A stretch of 63,052 nucleotides of DNA from an uncultured Methanosarcinales archaeon (GTDB lineage Archaea; Nanobdellota; Nanobdellia; Woesearchaeales; GW2011-AR9), in assembly GCA_964598745.1 (NCBI GenBank), contig CAZRCV010000001.1:1-63052 (forward strand). The letters are read 5' to 3'. Shown piece by piece: positions 17,820 through 28,100 of this stretch; positions within the stretch are counted from its first letter, which is position 1, and each line of letters starts with the position of its first letter. The notes beneath the pieces are model-generated. The model had not been told where the DNA came from, ran no database searches, and saw only the letters and a list, made by a program, of their open reading frames with translations. The position numbers were made by a program, and so were the translations under genes.

Positions 17820-18638
17820 GTGGGATTAGGGCATTATTTTTCTATCAAAGGCACTAATGGAACAACTCAACTTTATTTTCTTGAAGAACCAATTTCCAAT
17901 TCTAATCTGTTGCCGGAGGCTAAACAAGTACTACGGTCTCATTGCGCACCAGACCTCAGCGAACAAAATGTAGTTAAGGCTTTAATTTTTGCCATTGCCA
18001 GCCAATCGATGGTTTACGAGAGAGCTGTAGACCTTTTAACTCGGCTACGAACTACCTCTCCGGAACAATTAGAACAAGAAGGGCTGGTGTATTCTTTGGC
18101 TCAGCCCTCATCGCGTTTTCCCGAAGATAGGTTTAGTCCTGCTATTAATTTTGCAGCAAACTACAGTGGAGGAATAGGTCAACTAGTGCAAGATTACTTT
18201 GCTAACCCGGCAGAAACCAGAGGGAAATTAGTGAAAGAAGTTAAGTGGCTAGCGCACAAAACCGCCTCATTCTGGTATTTGTGCTTGGGAGGCACTCAAC
18301 TAATGACGCTGGACATCCATAACATCAGACAAATCGCGGGATTAGCGGAGATAGAAATTGACCGTAAATTTTACAGTGGCGCTTCGCGGCGCGGCGGAAA
18401 AACCAGAGGGAAAAAAATAGTTAATGCGTTAACTCCTGCGGAATACCTTCGCCTAGAAAGAGAAACTCTCTTATTATTGGGACACATTCCAGCTTTGCAG
18501 GATGCTTCTGGCCAACCAAATGGCGCTTTAATTACTACTTTATTTTGGTGGGCAGGAGCAAAAGGCAGACGAGAAAATTTGCGCCAGTTAGTATTACCCA
18601 CTATGTCCATAACCTCTTTTACTTCTCCTTACCGGTGA
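17820..18638 (+). CDS. HhH-GPD superfamily DNA glycosylase-like protein (Ogg2/COG1059-like)
   Basis: HKTASFWYLCLGG..LMTLDIHNIRQI resembles the KEASHFLRN..LAILDRHI Lys/Asp catalytic region of archaeal 8-oxoguanine glycosylases. GTG start with no upstream ATG. Confidence 0.5.
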   Translation: MGLGHYFSIKGTNGTTQLYFLEEPISNSNLLPEAKQVLRSHCAPDLSEQNVVKALIFAIASQSMVYERAVDLLTRLRTTSPEQLEQEGLVYSLAQPSSRFPEDRFSPAINFAANYSGGIGQLVQDYFANPAETRGKLVKEVKWLAHKTASFWYLCLGGTQLMTLDIHNIRQIAGLAEIEIDRKFYSGASRRGGKTRGKKIVNALTPAEYLRLERETLLLLGHIPALQDASGQPNGALITTLFWWAGAKGRRENLRQLVLPTMSITSFTSPYR

Positions 18639-18694
18639 TAACCAAAAAGCTTTAGGCTAAGAATCTTTAAATACATCATTTATTTGTTATTATT

Positions 18695-18979
18695 ATGACC
18701 TTAAGCCAGGAAGCAACCTATCTTTACATTTATTCCAAGGAATTACTAAATATTAACCGACGATTGAAAAAGCTTAGCGGAAGTGCTGAAAAGCAGATTC
18801 ATAAACATTCCATGGCTAGAACAGAGGAAAAGAGACAAAAACATAAAATTAAACATTTAAGAATTTCTTTGGTGATGGAAAGATTAATCCGGGATCATAA
18901 TCGAATGGCGGAAAAACTGCACCATCATTATTCTGCTTTCTCTAATGAACTAAAAAAAGAACACTTAATTAAGAAGTAA
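18695..18979 (+). CDS. Hypothetical basic helical protein (94 aa)
   Basis: ORF with an ATG start. Lys/Arg/His-rich predicted coiled coil. No recognisable family. Confidence 0.4.
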   Translation: MTLSQEATYLYIYSKELLNINRRLKKLSGSAEKQIHKHSMARTEEKRQKHKIKHLRISLVMERLIRDHNRMAEKLHHHYSAFSNELKKEHLIKK

Positions 18980-18989
18980 AAAATTTAAT

Positions 18990-19232
18990 TTATTCTTTCT
19001 TTTTCACATGAATAATATTTACTGGACACACATCGGCAGCTTCTTGATTGGAAACTTTAGCTGCTTCCGTATCAACTTCCAGTTCCCAGTGGTCTCCTTT
19101 GTTTTCCGCACCCTTTAACTGAGCCAGACCTTCCGGATCCATTTCCCAAAACTCCGGATTAATAGCAGCGCAAGCTCCACAACTGATACAATTTTTTTTG
19201 AAATGAATTACTTTATTTTTTCCTTCTTCCAT
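18990..19232 (-). CDS. Small [4Fe-4S]/[3Fe-4S] ferredoxin
   Basis: CISCGACAAINP..(39)..CPVN cluster-binding pattern in an 80-aa acidic protein. Confidence 0.7.
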   Translation of the reverse strand: MEEGKNKVIHFKKNCISCGACAAINPEFWEMDPEGLAQLKGAENKGDHWELEVDTEAAKVSNQEAADVCPVNIIHVKKKE

Positions 19233-19377
19233 AACCCCGTGAAATGAATGTTATTTTATAATTATTGCGAATGTAAAATCACTGAATGATTTTTTAGAAA
19301 AATGGCTTACGAAGCAATCCTAAACCTATCGCTTAACCAAAAGACTTATATACAATTTTTGATTAATCTATGATATA

Positions 19378-20331
19378 ATGTTTATTAGAAAAAGAGCTAC
19401 CTTATTGGCTATAGTTTTACTTTTTGTGTTTCTGGTATCATGTCAAAGAATTCCTGGAGGTTCCAACCCACAAGATACTTCTGCCGCCTTGCAGCAAGTT
19501 AAAATTGGAACACAGGGGTTGGGCTTAAGTTTAGTGCAAAACTATCCTCCCGCGACAATCTATGACCAAAATGAGCTAATTGCTTTATTGGAGGTTAAAA
19601 ATGTCGGCAACTATCCTCTTCAGCCAGAAGAATGTTTCCTACAGGTTACCGGTTTTGATCCAAATATCGTGCGAGGAGGCTTGGAGACGCCACGTTCTTG
19701 TGCAGAAAATTTGGAGTTATTGGAAGGCAAAACTGTTTATAATCTAGATGGTAGTTTAAACCAGATCGAATTCAGAGCGCCCAACATTGCTTTACCCTTT
19801 GGTATTTATGATTACCAGCCTAACTTGAATTTTGTAGCTTGTTATCATTATCAAACTACAGCCAGCCCACAGGTGTGTATCGATCCATTACTCTACCAAG
19901 TTTCTCCCTCACAAAAAGCCTGCAATTACAAAAGAAGCGTAGCCGTAAGTGGCGGCCAAGGCGGTCCGGTCGGGGTAAGCAACGTTAACATAGATATGGT
20001 TGGCAACAGAGCCATAGTAGATATTACTGTATCTAATTTAGGTGGTGGTACCGTTTTAAGTCCTTATTCTAATCTCATCGGCTGCGCTGAAACTGCCATT
20101 GATCGTCAAGATTTCGACAAGGTGGCTTATTCTATTAAGTTGGCTGATGGCAGTGGGGCCTGCAATCCTCGCGATGGTTTAGTAAGGTTAAGCAATGGGC
20201 GTGGAAAGATTATCTGCAGCTTTGACCTTCCCGGGACTAGCGCTTACGAAACGCCATTGTTAGTAGATTTAAGTTATAATTATCTGCAATCTATTTCCAA
20301 ACCAGTAAGAATAATTAAGACGCCGCAGTAA
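19378..20331 (+). CDS. Secreted lipoprotein, paralogue A (Cys-rich, CARDB-like beta domains)
   Basis: Signal peptide with lipobox-like LVSC. Even number of Cys. VDITVSNLGGGTV-type strand motif. Collinear similarity to the next ORF. Confidence 0.7.
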   Translation: MFIRKRATLLAIVLLFVFLVSCQRIPGGSNPQDTSAALQQVKIGTQGLGLSLVQNYPPATIYDQNELIALLEVKNVGNYPLQPEECFLQVTGFDPNIVRGGLETPRSCAENLELLEGKTVYNLDGSLNQIEFRAPNIALPFGIYDYQPNLNFVACYHYQTTASPQVCIDPLLYQVSPSQKACNYKRSVAVSGGQGGPVGVSNVNIDMVGNRAIVDITVSNLGGGTVLSPYSNLIGCAETAIDRQDFDKVAYSIKLADGSGACNPRDGLVRLSNGRGKIICSFDLPGTSAYETPLLVDLSYNYLQSISKPVRIIKTPQ

Positions 20332-20390
20332 ACTTTAAATAGCACAAGGAATTATTTCTTAACTAGTTACAAAATTAAAAGGTCGATTGG

Positions 20391-21296
20391 ATGATAAAAT
20401 CAAAGGTGTGGTTACCGTTATTTCTACTAACTGTTTTGTTATTATTAACCAGCTGCCAGCAGACGCAGAAGAAGCAGCAGAGTGTCAGCGCCTTTTTGGG
20501 TGGCACTCAGGGCATCGTAGCTACATTTGAGCCTTTCGGCGTGGAGGAAGACGGTGTGTACAGCATTTTTGACACCGAAACCTTTCCCATTGAAATAACT
20601 ATCAATAATAAAGGAGAGTATGAATTGCAACCTAATGAAGTTACCGTTGAATTGCAAGGCCCTTCCCAAAGTGAATTTAACAACATTGCTAGCTGGAAGA
20701 AAAATAACCAAGATGTGATTGATAAAATTTCGGAGTTAGTTAAACAAGGCGGGGAAGAAACTATCACCTTTGCTGATGAAGCCAAATATGTCACGCCTGT
20801 AAAAGGAATTACTGAAAGAAATTGGTTTGCTAACATCGAATATAACTACAAAACGTTTATTATTGTGCCTGAAGTGTGCCTTAAATATGACCTAGCGGAT
20901 AAACGAGTTTGCGCGGTGCAAGAAAAAAAGGAGTTTTCTGTTTCCGGAGCGCCGATAATCGTTGAATCTGTAGAAGAAGACACTGCTGGCCGTGGCATTG
21001 CCGCAGTTAAATTCAAGCTTAAGAATGTGGGTGGTGGAAAGGTCACTGTTTTAGGAAGTGATTTTACTGTAACTGACCGATTAAGTTATTCTTTGGATGA
21101 TGCTGGATGGGAATGTAAATCTGGAGGAAAAGTAAATGAAGCTAGGCTGATTGACGGAACAGCTGAGGTTGTTTGTCGCCTTAAAGAAGCCCTGCCTACA
21201 GAGCAAATATCCACTAAACAAATTATTTTAACCTTAAGTTACCGCTACCGTGAAATTGTTCAAGAGAAACTAAGGATAAAAGAATCAGTAAAGTAA
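20391..21296 (+). CDS. Secreted lipoprotein, paralogue B
   Basis: Signal peptide with LLTSC. Shares GTQG.., E(V/I)xNxGxYxLQPxE, VC.., VSG(A/G).., (S/K)N(L/V)GGG(T/K)V and LSY(N/R)Y blocks with ORF 19378..20331. Confidence 0.7.
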   Translation: MIKSKVWLPLFLLTVLLLLTSCQQTQKKQQSVSAFLGGTQGIVATFEPFGVEEDGVYSIFDTETFPIEITINNKGEYELQPNEVTVELQGPSQSEFNNIASWKKNNQDVIDKISELVKQGGEETITFADEAKYVTPVKGITERNWFANIEYNYKTFIIVPEVCLKYDLADKRVCAVQEKKEFSVSGAPIIVESVEEDTAGRGIAAVKFKLKNVGGGKVTVLGSDFTVTDRLSYSLDDAGWECKSGGKVNEARLIDGTAEVVCRLKEALPTEQISTKQIILTLSYRYREIVQEKLRIKESVK

Positions 21297-21307
21297 AGTC
21301 AGTTGTT

Positions 21308-22288
21308 TTATTTGTTGCTTACCAGAACAACATAAGCTAATAAGCTTTCAAGTTGAATATATTCATCAGCGCCCTCGGTCATTCTAAACTCTATCTCGCC
21401 GCATTTGTCAATCAAAGTTACCTTCAGTTTATCATCCAAACTAAGATTCCATATTTCTTTTTGAATTTGCCTGATAAGGTCTAACCCCGACAAACCATAA
21501 TCCAACATCAAGGCCAGCAATTTTTTCCTGGACTCTAAAAAGTTGCCAGCAACGGCTGTAGACAGTACTTCTTTCACTTCCTTGGGCTTGGCTACAGAAG
21601 CCATAGAATAAATGTCCTCCGAAGTTAACTGTTCTCCCGGAACTTTAACTGCCAAACAACTCTGCAGGATATTAGTTAGCCTGCGGCCGTCACCTTCACA
21701 AACCTCATATAATGCTTCCTTAACTTCCGATGAAACTAGTTGTTGGTTCCCTTTAAATTCATTAATAGCGATTTTATCTATTATCTCAAATATTTCCTCC
21801 TTAGATAGTAGTTTGAAACGAAACACAGCACAGCGGCTTTGAATGGGGTCAATAATTTTGGAAGAGTAGTTGCAACTGAGAATAAACCGGCAAGTTCTGG
21901 TATAATTTTCCATTGTTCTGCGCAGAGCTTGCTGCGCATCTTTAGTTAAAGCGTCACTTTCATCAAGATAAATTAGTTTAAATGGCACATTACCTATGGC
22001 TTTAGTGCGTGCAAAATCTTTTACTTTAACCCTAATAATATCTATGCCCCGTTCATCAGAAGCGTTTAATTCTAATGTATTTTGGCGCCAATTTTCGCCA
22101 AACAATTGTTTAGCTATCGTTAGTGATAATGTGGTTTTGCCTACGCCGGCGGGCCCGGAAAATAATAAGTGAGGCATGTTTTTGGATTCAACAAAGGCTT
22201 TGATTTTCTCAACAATATCTTTCTGTCCTTGAATCTCACTAAAGTTAGTTGGCCGATATTTCTCTGTCCAGAGGGTAGAAACCATCAT
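21308..22288 (-). CDS. rfcS: Replication factor C small subunit
   Basis: WTEKYRP, Walker A GPAGVGKTT, Walker B YLDESD, SRC motif PIQSRCAVFRF. Confidence 0.9.
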   Translation of the reverse strand: MMVSTLWTEKYRPTNFSEIQGQKDIVEKIKAFVESKNMPHLLFSGPAGVGKTTLSLTIAKQLFGENWRQNTLELNASDERGIDIIRVKVKDFARTKAIGNVPFKLIYLDESDALTKDAQQALRRTMENYTRTCRFILSCNYSSKIIDPIQSRCAVFRFKLLSKEEIFEIIDKIAINEFKGNQQLVSSEVKEALYEVCEGDGRRLTNILQSCLAVKVPGEQLTSEDIYSMASVAKPKEVKEVLSTAVAGNFLESRKKLLALMLDYGLSGLDLIRQIQKEIWNLSLDDKLKVTLIDKCGEIEFRMTEGADEYIQLESLLAYVVLVSNK

Positions 22289-22369
22289 AAAATGCGAACG
22301 ATAGTACTTTATAAGCTTTTTTACGGCTTCACTGGTTAATGTAACCTGAAAAACCTAACTTAATAACAT

Positions 22370-22564
22370 CTAAAAGACCCATAATAAAATTTCGCGGGTT
22401 ATTTTTAGCAACTCATTGAAAGAGATATCGAATACAAATACTAAAATTAGTGCTGCAATTAGTAGATAGTATAGCGATTTCAAGGCAAAAGAGATGATTT
22501 TTCCCAGAGAGAAAGATAAGGCAATCAAGATCAACACAGTTATTAAAGACAGTATATCGATCAT
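22370..22564 (-). CDS. Small two-TM membrane protein (64 aa)
   Basis: Two hydrophobic helices. No other support. Confidence 0.3.
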   Translation of the reverse strand: MIDILSLITVLILIALSFSLGKIISFALKSLYYLLIAALILVFVFDISFNELLKITREILLWVF

Positions 22565-22693
22565 ATCCCTTATTAAAAATAAAAGGATTATAAGTATTTC
22601 TTTACCCTAGTGGTAGTTAAAATTGAAATTATTGCCTGTGAACGGATAAAATTTAAGATAAGTTTTTAAAAATAGCTGAGAATCAGCAGTTTA

Positions 22694-23221
22694 ATGGAAG
22701 AGTACTCTTATGAACTAAAGATACCATTAGAACGAATTGCGGTATTGATTGGAACGGAAGGAGAAACTAAGAAAGAGTTAGAAAACAATACCAAAAGCAA
22801 AATTGATGTATCTGCAGAAGGGGATGTAACCATTACTGGCAATGATGCTTTGTTGCTTTACACTGCTAGAGATATCGTGCAAGCCATTGCTCGCGGATTT
22901 AATCCCAAGATAGCTCAACTGCTGCTTAAAACAGACTATGTTTTGGAAATTATTGACCTTAGGGGTGTGGCTGGGAAAAGCAAAAACACTCAAGAGCGGT
23001 TGAAAGGCAGGGTTATTGGCAAAGCCGGAAAGTCACGAGAAGAACTAGAGAGACTGACAGATACTCACATTTCTGTTTATGGAAAAACTATAGGGATTAT
23101 AGGAGAAGTTCAACAAGTTGCCGCATCCAGAGAAGCAGTAGCCATGTTATTGTCTGGTTCCATGCACAAAACTGTATTTGCCTTTTTAGAACGAAAGAAA
23201 AAACAGATGTTATTTAGTTAA
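22694..23221 (+). CDS. KH-domain RNA-binding protein (archaeal Dim2/Pno1-like)
   Basis: Two KH-like units (IAVLIGTEGETKKELE and VIGKAGKSREELERLT GxxG loops) in 175 aa. Confidence 0.75.
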   Translation: MEEYSYELKIPLERIAVLIGTEGETKKELENNTKSKIDVSAEGDVTITGNDALLLYTARDIVQAIARGFNPKIAQLLLKTDYVLEIIDLRGVAGKSKNTQERLKGRVIGKAGKSREELERLTDTHISVYGKTIGIIGEVQQVAASREAVAMLLSGSMHKTVFAFLERKKKQMLFS

Positions 23222-23250
23222 TTTTTTATACTTTGAAACAGTTCAAAGTA

Positions 23251-24333
23251 ATGATGTCCAAGAACTTGAGCCAAGCCCCTTTTGTGGCCATCTTTATCAG
23301 TATAAGTTTTATTGTTCTACTAATTATGGTCAGTAATCAAAACTTTACTGGAAAATCTTTTGCAGCTGGACCTTCAGGCCAAGCTTCTACCATAAAATTG
23401 CCGCTGCCTTGTCCAGCTGGAAGCATTGAAATTTCTCAAAAAGATATAGATCAGGCCTTAGCACTAAATTTGCCTTATGTTATTACTGAACCAGCAGAGT
23501 ATTGTTTGAAGGAAGATATTATAGTTGATGGTTCAGATACACGTTATTTTCCTGTAAGTCGTGGAAGGGCGGAAGGAAAAGTAATTCAAACTGCCACCAG
23601 CTCCGTAATACTTGATTTGAATGGTTACTCTATTGTTAATACCGCCGGGTCAAATGCTCTGCGGGGAATTTACAGTCTGATTTATGCTATTGATGTTCCT
23701 GGCGATACCAATAAACCAAATGGAGACATACTCATTAAGAATGGACAGATAAATGGTTTTGACACGGCCGTTTCAAGTGCAGCTAATCGCGTTACCCCGG
23801 GTCTTAATAAACTGACTGTGGAAGGGATTACTTTTGTTGGTAATGCTGATGCTGTTAATATCTTCTTTAATGGTCAAGAGATAGAATTAAACAACAATAT
23901 AGTAACACAAGGTAATCGTGCTCTATATCTTTATCATCGCTATGCAGGATTCAATTTAAAAGAAGTCATTATAAAAGACAATAAGTTCTATGTGCATTCT
24001 GATGGAATAGTAATTACTGCAACTACACCTAATAAAGTTAGAATAAAAAATAATATCATTGAACGGGAAAAATTGTTAATTCCACCGTTAAATCCTCGCG
24101 CCAGCCGTTTTGAAGGAATTCATTTAAGCGGGGGTAGCAGAAATCTTGGTATTATTGATGCCGAAATTGAGGATAACACTATTTCTAATTTTAGATATGG
24201 CATTTCTGCAATAAACTTTGTAACCGCCGGTGCTAGAAATAATAAGGGCTGTAGATTGGGAACACCTATCGACGCCAGACTACCGGCAAGAATCTGGGAT
24301 ATTAACAATAATTGGAACTATCAGAATTGTTAA
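23251..24333 (+). CDS. Membrane-anchored secreted protein with right-handed parallel beta-helix (PbH1-like) repeats
   Basis: N-terminal TM helix. Repeated ~22-aa units with (I/V)xNNx(I/V) or GxxxxG(I/V) periodicity (IKNGQINGFDTAV, LNNNIVTQGNRAL, IKDNKFYVHSDGI, IKNNIIERE, IEDNTISNFRYGI). ATG at 23251 preferred over the TTG at 23233. Confidence 0.55.
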   Translation: MMSKNLSQAPFVAIFISISFIVLLIMVSNQNFTGKSFAAGPSGQASTIKLPLPCPAGSIEISQKDIDQALALNLPYVITEPAEYCLKEDIIVDGSDTRYFPVSRGRAEGKVIQTATSSVILDLNGYSIVNTAGSNALRGIYSLIYAIDVPGDTNKPNGDILIKNGQINGFDTAVSSAANRVTPGLNKLTVEGITFVGNADAVNIFFNGQEIELNNNIVTQGNRALYLYHRYAGFNLKEVIIKDNKFYVHSDGIVITATTPNKVRIKNNIIEREKLLIPPLNPRASRFEGIHLSGGSRNLGIIDAEIEDNTISNFRYGISAINFVTAGARNNKGCRLGTPIDARLPARIWDINNNWNYQNC

Positions 24334-24379
24334 CCTAGATTTTAGAAAATTTTAAAAACCATCTTACTGATTTCTAGTT

Positions 24380-26053
24380 GTGGTCCAGAAAACTGCAGAA
24401 GAATTGGCTAAAAAGCAGCGAGAGATTTCCATTGCCGAGTTCTTTGAAAAAAATAGGCACTTGTTAGGATTTGACAACCAAAGAAAGGCGTTGCTAACTG
24501 CTGTCAAGGAGGGCGTGGATAACGCTCTCGATGCCTGTGAGGAAGCCAGAATCCTGCCAGAAGTAAATGTAGAATTAATCCAGCTTTCTGAAACTAGGTT
24601 TAGGGTGGTGATGGAAGACAATGGTCCGGGGATAATCCGAAAACAAATCCCTAATATCTTTGCTAAGCTGTTGTATGGATCTAAGTTTCATAAACTATCG
24701 GCTACCAGAGGACAACAAGGGATAGGCATTTCCGCAGCGGTATTGTATTCCCAATTAACTACTGGTAAACCTGCCACAATTATTTCTAAAACTGAGAAAA
24801 ATAAACCAGCTATTTTAATGAAATTAAAGATTGATACTGCTACCAATAAACCTGAAATTTTGGAAGATAAAGAACAGCCTTGGAATGATAAAGAACATGG
24901 CACCAGAGTTGAAATTGACTTGGAAGCCAGTTACCAGAAAGGCCGGCAGTCGGTAGACGAATATTTGAAACAAACGGCTATCGTTAACCCCCATGCTACT
25001 ATAATTTACACCGATCCAACGGCTAATCAGATCATCTTCCCTCGCGCGGTAGAAGAACTGCCGCCTGAACCAAAAGAAATCAAGCCGCATCCATATGGAG
25101 TAGAACTAGGCCGGCTGATTCGCATGCTGGAAACAACCATCGCTAAAACACTGCAACAATTTCTAACCACTGAATTTGTCAGGGTTGGTTCGGGCACAGC
25201 CAAGGAAATTTGCCAAAATTCGGCCCTGTTGCCAACTACTAAACCTAATTCCATAACCCGAGAGGTGGCAGAAAACCTGCACAAAGGCATCAATAAAACG
25301 AAAATTATTGCTCCGCCCACGGACTGCATTTCACCGATAGGAGAAGCACAATTAGAAAAAGGCCTTAGAAAAGAGATCAATGCTGAACTCTACGTTGCAA
25401 CTACCAGGCCACCAGCAGTATATCGAGGCAACCCTTTTATCATAGAATGCGCTTTGGCTTACGGTGGTGAACAAGAAGCTGAATCAACAGTCCGGATTAT
25501 GAGGTTCGCCAACCGTGTGCCGCTGCAATACCAACAAGGAGCTTGCGCAATTACTAATGCCATTCAAAACACCTCTTGGAAATCGTATGGAATACAACAA
25601 AGCAAAGGATCCCTGCCTTTAGGCCCATGTACTATTGTAGTGCACATGACCTCTGTGTGGGTTCCTTTCACTTCTGAATCCAAGGAAGCCTTGGCCCATT
25701 ATCCAGAAATAATTAAAGAGATCAAGCTAGCACTACAGGAAGTAGGCAGGAAACTGGCTTCTTATGTTAATAAGAAAAAGAGATTAGGCGAGGAATCCAA
25801 AAAAAGAAGTTATATTGAAAAATATATCCCCTATGTAGCAGAAGCCTTAAAAGAATTACTAGGACTTAACGAAACAAAACAAAAAGAAGTGGAAGATAAT
25901 CTGGCTGAAGTTCTGGAACACGTAAGAGGAGAACTAGAACAGCTAGGCGTAGATAATCCCGATTATGATCCAGAATTGGCTGAGATCGGCAAGGAAGAAT
26001 CGGAAGATGAAGAAGGCCAAGAAAAGCAAACTAAATTAGGAGAAGAATTTTAA
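24380..26053 (+). CDS. top6B: DNA topoisomerase VI subunit B
   Basis: [19 protein letters not shown], Bergerat-fold N box EGVDNALDA and G box EDNGPGI. GTG start. Immediately upstream of top6A. Confidence 0.9.
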   Translation: MVQKTAEELAKKQREISIAEFFEKNRHLLGFDNQRKALLTAVKEGVDNALDACEEARILPEVNVELIQLSETRFRVVMEDNGPGIIRKQIPNIFAKLLYGSKFHKLSATRGQQGIGISAAVLYSQLTTGKPATIISKTEKNKPAILMKLKIDTATNKPEILEDKEQPWNDKEHGTRVEIDLEASYQKGRQSVDEYLKQTAIVNPHATIIYTDPTANQIIFPRAVEELPPEPKEIKPHPYGVELGRLIRMLETTIAKTLQQFLTTEFVRVGSGTAKEICQNSALLPTTKPNSITREVAENLHKGINKTKIIAPPTDCISPIGEAQLEKGLRKEINAELYVATTRPPAVYRGNPFIIECALAYGGEQEAESTVRIMRFANRVPLQYQQGACAITNAIQNTSWKSYGIQQSKGSLPLGPCTIVVHMTSVWVPFTSESKEALAHYPEIIKEIKLALQEVGRKLASYVNKKKRLGEESKKRSYIEKYIPYVAEALKELLGLNETKQKEVEDNLAEVLEHVRGELEQLGVDNPDYDPELAEIGKEESEDEEGQEKQTKLGEEF

Positions 26054-26064
26054 AAATTTACAAG

Positions 26065-27153
26065 ATGGTCCCCACAAACTCGATAGTTAATAAAATTAAG
26101 CATTTGGCTCAGGAAGTATATGAAAGTATCAAGTTAAAGAAACAGCCGCAGCTAGCCATGCCCATCCGGGCCTTAAGCAATGTTTCTTATGATGAGAAAG
26201 AAGGATTCTTTAAACTGTTAGACAAAGTGAAGACTAGAACTTTAACTGCCGCCACAATCAGGACGTTTGCCCAAACCTTGAAAATGATGAGCTTGTCTAA
26301 ACAGTTGGTAGAAACCGAGGATATTGCCACCAAGAGGGAAGCTTATTATGTCAGTAAAAACTGGGGTGAAGCTAGATTCAGAGAACAACCGGAATCAGAT
26401 GCTGTAATGGACGACATTGAAGCTTCCCTTAGCGTTAATCGTGAACAGATCGGCTTTATTGCAGATGAACACGGCGGGGATGTGGCAGGATCATTAATTG
26501 TTCATGATAAAGACGAAACTGGCAAGGCTATCAAGATTGATTGCACCAAATTTGGTTCAGGAGCTTATTCCATTCCTACCTCAGTAGAAGAATTGCGCTT
26601 CGAAACCAAAGCCAAGTTTATCTTAGCTATTGAAACAAAAGGTATGTTTGAACGATTGAACCGCCATGGTTATTGGAAGACAGCTAATTGCATTTTGGTT
26701 TCTATGGGTGGCGTTCCCTCGCGAGCCTGCCGTAGGTTTATCCGGAAATTAAGCGATGAACAAAAACTGCCGGTATATGTCTTTTGTGATGGAGATTTTT
26801 ATGGTTATTTTAACATTCATCGGACTCTTAAAGTTGGTTCAGGAAATGCAGCTCATATAAATGAGTTTTTCTGTGTACCAAAAGCACAATATATTGGAAT
26901 TACCCCACAGGATATTGAAGACTATAAACTTCCAACGCATCCTCTGAAAGATGTTGATGTAAAACGAGCTAAGGATGCCCTGAAGAACGATCCGTTTGTT
27001 CTTCACTATAAAGAATGGCAAAAAGCTGCTACCAAACAAATACAGATGAAAGCGCGTGCCGAACAGCAAGCCTTAGCTGCCTGGGGTCTTAATTTTGTAA
27101 TTGAAAAGTACCTTCCAGACAAACTTAAGAATCCAAAGACCTGGCTACCTTAA
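26065..27153 (+). CDS. top6A: DNA topoisomerase VI subunit A (Spo11 family)
   Basis: Catalytic-Tyr region KREAYYVS. Toprim motifs LAIETKGMF and VFCDGDFYG. Confidence 0.9.
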   Translation: MVPTNSIVNKIKHLAQEVYESIKLKKQPQLAMPIRALSNVSYDEKEGFFKLLDKVKTRTLTAATIRTFAQTLKMMSLSKQLVETEDIATKREAYYVSKNWGEARFREQPESDAVMDDIEASLSVNREQIGFIADEHGGDVAGSLIVHDKDETGKAIKIDCTKFGSGAYSIPTSVEELRFETKAKFILAIETKGMFERLNRHGYWKTANCILVSMGGVPSRACRRFIRKLSDEQKLPVYVFCDGDFYGYFNIHRTLKVGSGNAAHINEFFCVPKAQYIGITPQDIEDYKLPTHPLKDVDVKRAKDALKNDPFVLHYKEWQKAATKQIQMKARAEQQALAAWGLNFVIEKYLPDKLKNPKTWLP

Positions 27154-27193
27154 AGAAAGTTTTAAATAACCAATAACTGATTTTTAACCTAAA

Positions 27194-27487
27194 ATGTCAA
27201 CATCACTAGAAACTATTATCCAGAAACCTGGTTTTATACCAAAACAGTTTTTTGATCCAAAAGTATTTATTCCTTTTTCTGGCTTGGTTTACAGCGGTTG
27301 TAAAGCTATCTCTGGCACTTTTAAAGAATTGGATCTAAATCTTTCTGATCAAATGGTCGAAGATTGGAAATGGGCCTCCCGGCTAGCTTTGAGATCTGTG
27401 GAGTTAGCTACTATTACTACTTACAATGAGGTTATTTTCTCTCTTTGTTATGCTCTTGGCTACGAACTGTCACAGAAAATATTTTAA
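27194..27487 (+). CDS. Hypothetical protein (97 aa)
   Basis: ATG-initiated ORF in a coding-dense region. No recognisable motif. Confidence 0.35.
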   Translation: MSTSLETIIQKPGFIPKQFFDPKVFIPFSGLVYSGCKAISGTFKELDLNLSDQMVEDWKWASRLALRSVELATITTYNEVIFSLCYALGYELSQKIF

Positions 27488-27512
27488 ATAGTTAATCATT
27501 GTTAAGCCAAAG

Positions 27513-28100
27513 ATGAGAATTAAACTCTTAATGGTTTTAATCTTAAGTTTATTTCTTGTCTCCTGCGGAGGTTCAAACTTGAAAACAGCAATTTTACAAA
27601 CCAACCTTGGAACTATTGAAATTGAATTATTTAGCGAACAAATGCCGATAACTACCAACAATTTTATCGATTTAGCCAAACGTGGATTTTATGATAGTAC
27701 CCGCTTTCACAGGGTGATCGGCCCGAACCAAGTGCCACCAAAAGGGTTCATGATCCAAGGAGGAGATCCGCTCTCTAAAGAACCGTCTAAGAAATTCTTG
27801 TGGGGAACTGGCGGGCCAGGTTATGAGATCAAGGATGAATTTGTAGCTGGTTTATCCAACCTTCGTGGAACAATAGCCATGGCTAACCATGGCCCAAACA
27901 CTGGCGGCAGCCAGTTTTTTATCAATTTGCAAGACAATACTTACTTAGATTTCGATAAACCGCCACTGAGCAGCCAACACCCTGTGTTTGGTAAAGTCGT
28001 TAAAGGCATAGGCATCATAGACAAAATCGCGGCTGTTGATACCGATGAACAAGATAAACCTTTAACTGATGTAATAATAGAAAAAATTATTATTAAGTAA
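27513..28100 (+). CDS. Cyclophilin-type peptidyl-prolyl cis-trans isomerase, lipoprotein-anchored
   Basis: FHRVIG..FMIQGGDP, GTIAMANHGPNTGGSQFFINL motifs. Signal peptide with LVSCGG. Confidence 0.9.
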   Translation: MRIKLLMVLILSLFLVSCGGSNLKTAILQTNLGTIEIELFSEQMPITTNNFIDLAKRGFYDSTRFHRVIGPNQVPPKGFMIQGGDPLSKEPSKKFLWGTGGPGYEIKDEFVAGLSNLRGTIAMANHGPNTGGSQFFINLQDNTYLDFDKPPLSSQHPVFGKVVKGIGIIDKIAAVDTDEQDKPLTDVIIEKIIIK

